DNA of 64,000 nucleotides from Octopus vulgaris. Lineage: Eukaryota. Shown one piece after another: positions 42,659 through 54,226 of the stretch; within the stretch, counting starts at the first letter, position 1; every line of letters starts with the position of its first letter. Location: NCBI GenBank assembly GCA_951406725.2, contig OX597836.1:32674001-32738000 (forward strand), written 5' to 3'. A program made the position numbers and the translations under genes. The notes below the pieces were generated by a model. The model did no database searches. It was not told where the DNA came from and saw only the letters and a list, made by a program, of their open reading frames with translations.

Positions 42659-43049
42659 TATTGTCGTATTTTGGGATGGTCATTTTTTTTTTTGTGCCAA
42701 ATAAACCCGTGCAGTATACATATATTTTTTCTTCACTCGCTTATTACTGTTCTTATTCTATTAATTTAATTCCTGTCCATTGTTCGGAAATCCTTCATCA
42801 AACATCTGTGACCTCTTCAACGACACTTTTAATTTCCGTGTGTATTCTTGTCCCACTTACAGCATTCTATTCTCGAAAATTGTCGCTGAAGACATCACAG
42901 ATGTATGACGAAAGATTTCCGGACCATGGACATGAGTTAAAATAATAAAAGAAGAATAGTAATACACGAGTGAAGACAAAATTATATAGAGAGTGCGTGT
43001 GTTTATTTGGCAAAAGAAGAAAATTACCATCTTGAAATACAGCAACATA
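42659..43049. repeat. Diverged inverted repeat with arms of about 168 bp and hammerhead-like inner ends
   Basis: 42659-42825 versus 42881-43049. The right arm starts tgtcg-ctgaaga-catcacagatgtatgac-gaaa-gatttc-cggac. Confidence 0.7.
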
Positions 43050-43725
43050 TATATATATATATATAATATTAGGGAGTGTATACAAACTTACAGGGAAAAA
43101 TTAGATTTAGGATTAAATCAAATTTCACAGTATAAATATAAATTAAATTAGAGATAAAACCACTATTAGGCAACTCAAACAATGATATAAATTTTAAAAT
43201 TTCAAATTTTAATAATTTAAATTTTAAATTTTATATTTTATATATATATTGTATATTATATTAATTATTTTTTGTTTTTTATGTTTTGGTTTATGTCTAT
43301 CACTGTATGAGTTGCCTAATAGTGGTTTTATCTCTAATTTAATTTATATATATATATCATCATCGTTTAACATCCGTTTTCCACGCTAGCACGGGTTGGA
43401 CGGATATATATATGTATATATATATAGAGAGAGAGAGAGACAGTCAGAAAGAGAGAGAGAGAGAGATACACATATACATATATATATATGTTTTATATAA
43501 TTCATATAATTTTTTTGTCTCAAAATATCCCCCTGCTACTAACACCATGATTCAGTGTGGCTGTGTGGTAAGTAGCTTGCTAACCAACCACATGGTTCCA
43601 GGTTCAGTCCCACTGCGTGGCACCTTGGGCAAGCGTCTTCTACTATAGCCTTGGACCAACCAAAGCCTTGTTAGTGGATTTGGTAGGCGGAAACTGAAAG
43701 AAGCCCCTCATATATATTTATATAT

Positions 43726-43766
<41 letters not shown>

Positions 43767-44003
43767 ATATGTATGCGTGTGTTTGTGTGTCTATGTTTGT
43801 CCCCCCAACATCGCTTGACAATCGATTGTGGTGTGTTTAAGTCCCCATAACTTAGTGGTTCGGTAAAAGAGACCAATAGAATAAGTACTAGGCTTACAAA
43901 GAATAAGTCCTGGGGTCGATTTGCTCGACTAAAGGCACTGCTCCAGCATGACCACAGTCAAATGACTGAAATAAATAAAAGAATATATATGCATGTATGT
44001 ATA

Positions 44004-44107
<104 letters not shown>

Positions 44108-44108
44108 C

Positions 44109-44149
<41 letters not shown>

Positions 44150-45806
44150 TATACACACACAAATATATATATATGTATGTATATGTGTGTGTTTTTGTGT
44201 CTGTGTTTGGCCCCTTTCCGCCACCACTTGACAGCCAATGTTGGTGCTTTTCCTTCCCCGTAACTTAGCAGTTCAGCATAAGAGACCAATAGAATAAGTA
44301 CTAAGCTTACAAAACTAAGTCCGGGTGGAGGGGGCGTTGATTTCTTCACCTAAAAAAAAAACTATTTAAGGCAGTGCTCCAGCATGATCATAGTCAAATG
44401 ACTGAAACAAGTAAAAGAATAAAAGAAAAATTTTTAGTTTTCTGTAATTTACATAATTTTATACAATTTTTTTCCTCTCTTGCCATCTCCCCTTTCTTTT
44501 TCTCCATGATACTAATTTCCTTATAGAAAAAAAGGGATATTTTTCAAAATTTTGAAAAAAAAAACTTTCAGAAATTCCACATAATCTTCACTCTTTTTTC
44601 TAATTTCTTATTAAATTGACGAACAAGGCTTAAATTATTAAATTACTTCATTTAAAGTAATGTTGTTTAATATACCCTACAATATGGTACAGTACCATAC
44701 GGCACCATTCCTTTATAATTGCTTTTTATTTGGCTCCTTATTCCCACCCAGTTATTTTGTTTTTTATTTTATTCTGTTTCATTTTTGTTTGTTTTTACCT
44801 CCATCACAAGAATTAGTTTTTAATTACCAAGTAATGAGTATTAAGGAATTTACATCTTTCATAGTCGTAAGAATGTTTAACTAAATGCAGTGCAATCCAT
44901 TGTGATTAGCTGCCCTTCTTTATCAGTTCATCATCACCGTCATCATCATCATTATCACCATCATCATCTTTCTCCTCCTCCTTATCATCATCAACCTCAT
45001 CATTACCATCATCATCCTTCTCCTCCTCCTCCTCCTCCTCATATTCATCATCATATTCATCACCACCATCATCATCATCATCATCACCATCATCATTAAT
45101 CATCATCTTTCTTCTCACTCTCCTTGTCATCATCAACCTCATCCTTACCATCATCATCATCATCCTTTCTTCTCCTCCTCCTCCTCCTCATCATCATCTT
45201 CATTTCTTCTCCTCCTCCATCTCATCATCATCATCTTCCTTCTCCTCCTCCTCCTCATCATCATCATCGTCATCATCGTTGTCATCATTATCATCTTCAT
45301 TGTCATCATTTTAACATTCATTTTTCTATGCTTTGCAAGGCTCTGGTGCAATTTATTTGAGGCAGATATTCTATGGCCAGATGCCCTCTCTGTCACCAAC
45401 CCTCACCTGTTTCCAAGCAGGATATTTTCCCAATGGCCAGATGTGTTCTCACCGAATATCAAAAATGGTACTGCTTCATTATGTACATTATTTACATTTG
45501 ATGGATATTTGTCCTCATCTTGTTTGTTGTTAACACAGTGTTTCGGCTGATATACCCTCCAGCCTTCATCAGGTGTCTTGGGGAAATTTCGAACCAGGGT
45601 ACTGCTTGTTTGACAGTGAAACTCATTTACAACAATAGTCCATGGATGGAATTTATTAATATTTCAATGCATCGCTACGCACATTTCCACAGATCCTGTA
45701 TCTATTAAGATCATAGCCCATATTCCAGGGATGATTGCAGTACAGTCCATAGTATCCATGGACATCAGGTTGATCATGTTCACACATTCATTTCTGGCCA
45801 GTCATA

Positions 45807-45866
45807 TAGCGACCATTGGTTTCACACCTATAAAGCACTTAGCAGTATAGGCGACTCATCAGGCTC
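45807..45866 (-). ncRNA. Type-I hammerhead ribozyme, family B, intact core
   Basis: Minus strand: GAGC-CUGAUGA-GUCGCCUAUA(13 nt)UAUAGGUGU-GAAACC-AAU-GGUC-GCUA, GUC cleavage triplet. A second copy lies at 46304-46363. Confidence 0.75.
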
Positions 45867-45881
45867 AAAAGTTATTTGCTT

Positions 45882-45941
45882 GAGTCTGATGAGTTGCCTA
45901 TACTGCGAAGCACATTATAGATGCAAAACCAATGGTCACTC
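45882..45941 (+). ncRNA. Family-B hammerhead motif with G12A (GAAA to AAAA)
   Basis: GAGU-CUGAUGA-GUUGCCUAUA...UAUAGAUGC-AAAACC-AAU-GGUC-ACUC. A second copy lies at 46379-46438. Confidence 0.65.
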
Positions 45942-46535
45942 TACGACCAGTCATAACGTCTAACTTCCATATACATTATTTACATTATTTACATTCAATG
46001 GATATTTGTCCTCATCTTGCTTGTTGTTAACACAGTGTTTCGGCTGATATACCCTCCAGCCTTCATCAGGTGTCTTGGGGAAATTTCAAACCAGGGTACT
46101 GCTTGTTTGACAGTGAAACTCATTTACAACAATAGTCCATGGATGGAATTTATTAATATTTCAATGCATCGCTACACACATTTCCACAGATCCTGTATCT
46201 ATTAAGATCATAGCCCATATTCCAGGGATGATTGCAGTACAGTCCATAGTATCCATGGACATCAGGTTGATCATGTTCACACATTCATTTCTGGCCAGTC
46301 ATATAGTGACCGTTGGTTTCACACCTATAAAGCACTGAGCAGTATAGGCGACTCGTCAGGCTCAAAAGCTGTTTGTTTGAGTCTGATGAGTTGCCTATAC
46401 TGCGAAGCACATTATAGATGCAAAACCAACGGTCACTCTACGACCAGTCATAACGTCTAACTTGCATATAACTTAGAATAACTTAGAAAGGTTTTGGCCA
46501 GTATTGGCCCAGGCCATGTCTAACTTAATAGCACC

Positions 46536-46708
46536 ACATTATTTACATTTGACGGATATTTGTCCTCATCTTGCTTGTTGTTAACACAACATTTCGGCTG
46601 ATATACCCTCCAGCCTTCTTCGGGTGTCTTGGGCATATGGCGTAGTGGTTAAGAGTGTGGGCTACAAACCCTAAGATCCCGAGTTCGATTCCAAGCAGTG
46701 TCCTGAAC

Positions 46709-46752
<44 letters not shown>

Positions 46753-46932
46753 CGAAAATACCTTAAGAATGAGAACCCAGGTTCGAAATTTCCCCACGAC
46801 ACCTGAAGAACGCTGGAGGGTATATCAGCTGAAACGTTGTGTTAACAACAAACAAGATGAGGACAAATATCCGTCAAATATAAATAATGTAAATAATGTA
46901 CATAATTCCTCATCTCTTAAATATAGAACTGT
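46536..46932 (+). mobile_element. Short tRNA-headed, hammerhead-bearing element with an upstream inverted partial copy of its 3' end (Penelope-like architecture)
   Basis: Inverted tail at 46536-46633; A box TGGCGTAGTGG at 46638-46648; B box GAGTTCGATTCC at 46681-46692; (AAT)n; HHR at 46798-46843; tail ending catctcttaaatatagaactgt. Confidence 0.7.
46798..46843 (+). ncRNA. Family-A hammerhead motif, stem II closing pair broken
   Basis: gacac-ctgaaga-a-cgctg...cagct-gaaac-gtt-gtgtt. Other mutated family-A copies are on the minus strand at about 46583-46628, 45532-45577 and 46029-46074. Confidence 0.6.
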
Positions 46933-46938
46933 CTTAAC

Positions 46939-47175
46939 ATGATATCACTTCTGCACACACCCTATTTGCCAGATTTAGTACCTGTGGAGTTCCATCTCTT
47001 CTCCAAGAAGAAAATATACCTCAAAGGTTGCTATTTTAATGCCATTGTCAAGATCCAGAGCAAATCACAGAAGATCTACTTGCTTACGGAGAACAACTTC
47101 CAGGTCAGATTCCAAAAGTGGCAGCAATGCTGAGACTAGTGCATTGCTGCACAAGGTGACTTTTTCAAAGGATAT
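46939..47175 (+). mobile_element. Mariner transposase C-terminal relic
   Basis: HTPYLPDLVPVEFHLFSK...LKG..F...FQKWQQC*D*CIAAQGDFFKG resembles the mariner HPPYSPDLAPxDFxLF...CIxxxGDYFE. Confidence 0.75.
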
Positions 47176-47576
47176 CTTTGATATCACCTCGTAAGTGCAA
47201 CACACTAGCCACTAAGCCACATGCCCTTTTATTTGTTTCAGTCATTTGGATGTGGCCATGCTGGAGCACTGCCTTTAGTTGAGTAAATCGACTTTGTAAG
47301 CCTAGTACTTATTCTATTGGTTTCTTTTGCCGAACTGCTAAGTTATGGAGACATAAACACATCAACATCAGTTGTCAAGCGATGGTGGGGGGACACAAAC
47401 ACAAACACAGAAACATATATATGCATATATATATATATATATATATACATTCAAACATATAACATCCCTTATATGTTTGAATGTATATTATATAGTCTAT
47501 TGACTATTTTTTTCCTTCTCACTAGACCGCTGGTAGCGGAGAATTTTTCTAGAATTTTTTGCTACCCTAAAATTTA

Positions 47577-47628
<52 letters not shown>

Positions 47629-48239
47629 TACATCATCATCATCATCGTTTAGTGTCCGCTTCCATGCTGGCATGGGTAGGACGGTGCAACTGGGGTCTGG
47701 GAAGCCAGAAGGCTGCACCAGGCCCAGTCTGATCTGGCAATGTTTCTACGGCTTGATGCTCTTCCTAACGCCAACCACTCCATGAGTGTAGTGGATGCTT
47801 TTTACGTCCCACTGGCACATATATTTATATATATATATATATATACTTGATGGACTTCTTTCATTTTCTGTCTACGAAATCGACTCATAAACCTTTGGTT
47901 GGCCCAAGGCTATAGAAAAGGACACTTGCCCAAGGTGCCAGACAGTGGAACTGAACCTGGAACCATATGGTTGGGAAGCAAGCTTCTTACCACGCAGCTG
48001 CTCCTGGAATGAACATGTGTAGAAAACTATGCAAGATTAGATTGAAGGTGGGTTGGCACTAGGAAATATTCCTCATAGAATTTGGCTCCAGTAAAAAAAC
48101 AAAAAAACTTGTCAACACAATGCAGCATCATGGGTAGGATGTAAATTAATACATGCGCAGAAATTTTACAGATACACGCATAAATATGTGTCTTTGTGTA
48201 TGTATAGATTTGTATATGCTTAGTACGTGTATGTATGTG

Positions 48240-48248
48240 TACATGTAC

Positions 48249-48288
<40 letters not shown>

Positions 48289-48341
48289 TATATATTATAC
48301 ATGCTTTATATATATGTATGTATATACATATATATACTATA

Positions 48342-48379
<38 letters not shown>

Positions 48380-48390
48380 CATACATACAC

Positions 48391-48446
<56 letters not shown>

Positions 48447-48564
48447 TATATATATATATGTATAAGTATATATGTATATATATATATATATATATATAAG
48501 TACATATATATGTATAGGCATGTATGTATAATATATATATGTGTTATGTATTCATGGGTATATA

Positions 48565-48613
<49 letters not shown>

Positions 48614-49670
48614 GTGTGTGTATACATATATATGAACCTGAAAACCCCGATACTTTCCACCGATGGAATAAAGATGTAATTCCACCATAAACCACTAATC
48701 ATCACCTCTTCCGCCTCCAAACACCACCAGCCACCCAAAACCCACCCATCCACCTCTTTCCCTAATATCCCTCCAATATCCACTAATATCCATCGTTACA
48801 CATCATCACTGTCATACCATTACATCATCACCACCGCCACCACCACTACCAGCGCCACCACCACATGTGCTGATGACATCTCCACCACCACCACTACCAC
48901 CATTACATCATCACCACCTCCACTGCCAACACCACCTGTGCCACCACCGACACCCAGCAGCAGCAGCAGCACCGCCACCACCTTTGTAGCTTGTTTCTAA
49001 TGTCCTAACCACCACTTCCACCCACCACCACCACCACCACTAGTACTAAATTCATCTCTAGCCTCATCCCACCCACACCTCTCCCACTTCCTTTTTATAA
49101 ATATGCACACCTGTCAATTTAATTGGTCTGCATAAATTTTTCGAATTGCATTGTTTTGCTCCTCCTTCTCCTCCCCATCATCATCAGTATTTACATCATC
49201 ACCACAACTATCATTACCTTCATCACCGTCATCATCATCATCATCATCATCATGACCAACACCATCACCATCATCACCACCACTACCACCACCATCACCA
49301 TCTTCATCTTTATCACCCTCATCATCATCATCACCATCAACACCACCACCACCACCACCATCATCTTCATCACCCTCATTACCAACGTCGTTATCATCAT
49401 CATTATCATCATCATCATCATCATCATTATCATCATCATCATCATTAACATCAGCATCAATATTAGCATCATCGAAATGTCGTCGTCATCATCATCATTG
49501 TCATGAGGTATCGTTAAAAGGCTACTGTTGAGTATATGCATCACTGTCTGTCTGTTTGTCTCTATCCCTGATAGACAGGCAGGCAGACAGACAGATTTTC
49601 TGAAAATATGTTGTTCAAGTCACTTGCGATCTCTTGCGCCTCTTCTTCCATCATCATGCTGTCATCACCC

Positions 49671-49718
<48 letters not shown>

Positions 49719-50377
49719 CCATCATCAACATCATCATCATCGTTATCATCATTTATAACAACATCGTTGTCAACATCATCACCATCATTTTCATCATCAT
49801 CCTCATCATCATTGCCTTCAGCATGTGCAGCAGCATCATCACCATCAGTAAAAGCAACAGCAGCAACTCTACCATCATCAGCAGCAGCAGTAGCAGCAAC
49901 AGCAGCAGCAGCAGCAATAACAGCAAATCTGTCATCATGCTCATCATCATCATCACGATCATTATCATCATCAAGTAACTTCAACAAGTATGTAATAGTG
50001 ATGTTTTTTTTTGTCTCCTCCTCCACCCACACCTTCATATTTCCCTCCCCCACCATAACATCTGGCATCGACACCCTCCCCTCCACATCCACCACCACTT
50101 CGCATGTCTTCATACTCTTCACTCCTTGAACTTGCATTGCATCTTCTGGTTTACTGCCCTCACATACCATCACCACCACCACCACCTCGATCACACGCAA
50201 TACACACACACACACACATACACTCCTCCATCATCGATTGTGGCTTCACTTCTGTCAGCATCATGTCATTGCAACCACTATCATCATCATCATCGTTGTC
50301 ATCACTATCATCATCAACACCTACAACAAACCCCCAATACCACCGTTATCATCATCATCATCATCAACATCATCATT

Positions 50378-50426
<49 letters not shown>

Positions 50427-50480
50427 CCATCATCATTATCATCATCATTATTTTTGCTATCCCCATCATCATCATCACTA
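48240..50480. repeat. Large compound microsatellite field, (AT)n then (CAC/CAT/CAG)n
   Basis: Directly visible. Similar fields lie at 18621-18792 (CT), 24225-24690, 41745-42170, 44925-45310 and 61010-61360. Confidence 0.95.
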
Positions 50481-51063
50481 TCATTACCGGCTCACCATTA
50501 TGCAACACAACAGGTATTTTGTTCTGAGGAAGTTTTTACCTGATTTGAAGGGGTTTTTTCTAAGGTTTTTTTTTTGGAGATTTGCTGAATCCAAGAATAG
50601 AATCCATTTTTTTACCACCATGTCTAGATGTCAAGATACCCAAATCCTTCACCCTCACCCAATCATCAGTGGGTGATATGCATGATACAGTCATTCTCCC
50701 CCTGGGGCAACAAAGCAGATGCAGCAAATATCCTTGTTCTTTATGTTATGTGGAACAGAAGAACCAGGGATAAATATTGGGTGATCAAAGAATGGCCACA
50801 GCAAACATCAGTTCCTGAATCGTTTAATGTGGTTGAAAAGCCTTTAGTTCAACCAGGAAAAACACCATCCTGTCTTCACTCCATATCAGTTCGTTTAGCG
50901 GTTTGTTAAAGCGCTGGATAAAGACATACCATGCTTTCACTACATCTGTGGCACACTTCTTAGTCTGTACTGTGAAAAAATAAAAGCTGGAGTATCTGAT
51001 GGGTCACAAATCAGAAAATTTAATGAATTGCATTGAAGCAGCAGCTTGGAACTCATTTGTAAT

Positions 51064-51175
51064 ACAGTTCTCTGTTTAAGAGATGAGGAATTATTTTCAT
51101 TATTTACATTATTTACATTTGACAGATATTAGTCCTTATCTTGTTTGTTGATGACACAACGTTTCCAGGCAGTGA

Positions 51176-51225
<50 letters not shown>

Positions 51226-51620
51226 GCACGTAAAAAGCACCAATCCGATCGTGGCCATTGCCAGCCTTGCCTGGCACCTGTGCCGGTGGCATGTAAAAAG
51301 CACCCACTACACTCATGGAGTGGTTATCATTAGGAAGGGCATCCAGCTGTAGAAACACTGCCAGATCAGACTGGAGCCTGGTGCAGCCTTCTGGCTTCCC
51401 AGATCCCCGGTCGAACCATCCAACCCGTGCTAGCATGGAGAACGGACATTAAATGATGATGATGATGATGAATAACATCGAAAAATACCTTAGGAATGAG
51501 AACCCAGGTTCGAAATTTCCCCCAAGACACCTGATGAAGGCTGGAGAATATATCAGCCGAAACGTTGTGTTAACGACAAACAAGATGAGGACAGATATCG
51601 ATCAAATGTAAATAATGTAA
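51064..51620 (+). mobile_element. Second, 5'-truncated copy of the same element, with a SINE nested in its (AAT)n tract
   Basis: Inverted tail 51064-51165 is joined via ttc to caggcagtgacctga(aat)n. Nested SINE at about 51224-51470; HHR at 51526-51571. Confidence 0.7.
51526..51571 (+). ncRNA. Minimal type-I hammerhead ribozyme, family A, intact core
   Basis: GACAC-CUGAUGA-A-GGCUG(GAGAAUAUAU)CAGCC-GAAAC-GUU-GUGUU: stem I 5 bp, stem II 5 bp, loopless palindromic stem III (AACGUU). Confidence 0.75.
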
Positions 51621-52339
51621 AAATGCCATGTCTGCATGTCTTCAGAAAATATTGTAGATTTCAGTTGTTAAAAGATTTCTTTCCTCTGTGCAATAGTCAT
51701 TCATAACTGGGGTCCACCTGACCTTTTGGGGGTGGGGACCCATATAAGATTTTGTTGCTAAAATTTATATGCTATATAAATTGCTTACGTTTCTACACAA
51801 CACAAAAAATATTTCAGTTTTATTTTCTCATACAATTTCTACTAATATTTAAATATAGAAATACAGTAAGATGTTTTTTTTATATACTTCAAATGGCTAT
51901 GGGGGTCCAGTGAGTTGAGAAACACTGATTTAAAAGAATGAGAAAACGTGATTTCAGTAGGCCACACCATAACTATTTCAAACTTAATTGAATCTAATTG
52001 AATATAATTAAATTAAGGAGTTTATTCAGGGCTAGGCATAAGCTTTGTTCAGAGAGGTGATAGAGGTGGGCCACAACATTTAAAAAAATTATTCTGTTGC
52101 AAAGCTGCTTTATTTTATTTTGTTTTAATTTGATCTTATTTATATTTTAATTTAATTTTTAATTTTTTAAATTTAATTTTTCAGGTTTTTTTTTTGTTTT
52201 TGTTTTTTTTTTTCATCTTAGACATGTTTTGGTGATTGGACTGTACCCATACTGCAGCACTGCCTTGAAAGCTTTACGTTGAACAACTCCATCCCAATAA
52301 TACTTGTGCTTTATTATTATCATTGTTATTATTATGAGG

Positions 52340-52375
<36 letters not shown>

Positions 52376-52930
52376 GAGTGAGAGAGATGTGCATGCCATC
52401 AAAGTGACACTGGGGTAAAATATACGAAGCCCAGTATACCCTTCATGACTACCCTTCTGATAAGGGTACACCAGGCACATGCATCACAACCATATGTGCA
52501 CGACATGGTGATCTCATATCAAGATAAACAGTGCATGATCTTGCAGGTGGGGCCCAGTTAGAATTTTCTTCTGGTCAAGTAGCCCATCCCGCTCAAAAGG
52601 TCCCTGAATAAGGATTGTTTAAGGATGTTGAACGAACCACCCATGTTTCCAAAGGTGAATTATCCAAACCTCCAAAAATTCCTCTCAACACATGGGTATG
52701 ATGCTCCCCCACTACTTCTGCTCGTGATCTAAGATGCACATATCGTCAGCCACTAAGGGACATGCTCAACTGGTTATGGTCAAATAACTGACAAGCAAAT
52801 CTGTGGTATTGAGCAGAATATTTGCTGTAGCCCATCTTTTATACCAAGACAAAACAATGTACATGATAACACTTCCAATCAGTTAAGATCAGAAGCCATG
52901 AGAGCCAATGTCTAGTACTTTATCAGGGCA
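52376..52930 (-). mobile_element. Longer copy of the (AAT)n-embedded retroelement
   Basis: Same 3' end (ctctctcactc then (aat)n) and about 80 bp more 5' sequence; (ATT)n on both sides. Confidence 0.7.
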
Positions 52931-53807
52931 TTTATTATTATTATTATTATTAGTAGTAGTAGTAGTATTAGTTTATGTTTGACTTTTGCTTTACATTTGT
53001 ACAAGTTAGCTCCAAGTCTCACCCAGAGACTTCAAGAGACAACAAGTTGGAAGTTCATGTTGGTTGTCTCTTGAGGTCTCTGGGTGGTTTGTACTTTTTC
53101 TATCTGTCACTTTTGCCAAAGAGCTAAGTTACAGGGCCATAAACAAACCAGCACCAATTGTCAAGCAGTGTGTGTCTGGTGACAAACACAGACACAAAGA
53201 CACACACAAAAACATACATACATACATGCATACATAAATAAATGCAATCATACATACATACATACATACATACACACATACATACAACCATACATTCATA
53301 GAAACATATATACATACGCATATACACATATATGTACATACAAACAGACACACACACACACATACATACACACATGCCACAGGTTTCAACACAGTTTCCA
53401 TTTTCTAATTTCCTTCCCAAGGCATAAGACATTTGTCAGACAGTAAGACTGAATCCAAAACCATGCAGCTGCAAAGCAAAATTCTTTCTCTCACCTCCCG
53501 CTTTCATACCCCCCACCCCACCCTACAATGTCATTCTGAAAATAAACAATCACATCGTCTACACCTTGAAGCTACAAGATAATGCATGATTAATTCAAAA
53601 CAATGGTAATAAATAATCAATAGAACTTGACAGAATAATCTGAATTCTAAAAGATAAAAATCTAACATGAAATCTGTGGTGTGCCCCCTGGTGAGGTGAT
53701 AATCTTTTCTAGATTAAGTTAAGTTGAGGCTGATTTGAAAATTTGAAATTCACATCAAAGGGTAAAGGTTTCTAAAATATACAGATTTAATTTTTGTTTT
53801 CTACACA

Positions 53808-54226
53808 TAGGCGCAGGAGTGGCTGTGTGGTAAGTAGCTTGCTAACCAACCACATGGTTCCGGGTTCAGTCCCACTGCGTGGCATCTTGGGCAAGTGTCT
53901 TCTGCTATAGCCCCGGGCCCACCAATGCCTTGTGAGTGGATTTGGTAGACGGAAACTGAAAGAAGCCTGTCGTATATATGTATATATATATATATATATA
54001 AATATGTATGTGTGTTTGTGTGTCTGTGTTTGTCCCCCTAGCATTGCTTGACAACCGATGCTGGTGTGTTTACGTCCCCGTCACTTAGCGGTTCGGCAAA
54101 AAGAGACCGATAGAATAAGTACTGGGCTTACAAAGAATAAGTCCCGGGGTCGATTTGCTCGAATAAAGGCGGTGCTCCAGCATGGCCGCAGTCAAATGAC
54201 TGAAACAAGTAAAAGAGTAAAAGAAA
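53808..54226 (+). mobile_element. tRNA-derived SINE family 1, representative full copy
   Basis: Head ggcgcaggagtggctgtgtggtaag...gggttcagtccc, internal TA/TG microsatellite, tail gactgaaacaagtaaaagag. Other copies at about 11220-11618, 22011-22410, 30585-30998, 38325-38778 and 43555-43983 (+), and 17096-17512, 26185-26545, 31521-32005 and 47230-48003 (-). Confidence 0.85.

Larger units (their letters stand above)
45484..46469. repeat. 497-bp direct tandem duplication (two near-identical units)
   Basis: Units start at 45484 and 45981. The near-identical ORFs at 45520 and 46017 confirm the period. Confidence 0.95.

Noticed and set aside
46631-46705. tRNA gene
   Set aside because: It has A and B boxes but no pairing acceptor stem, and it continues into a repeated element, so it is treated as a SINE-type head.
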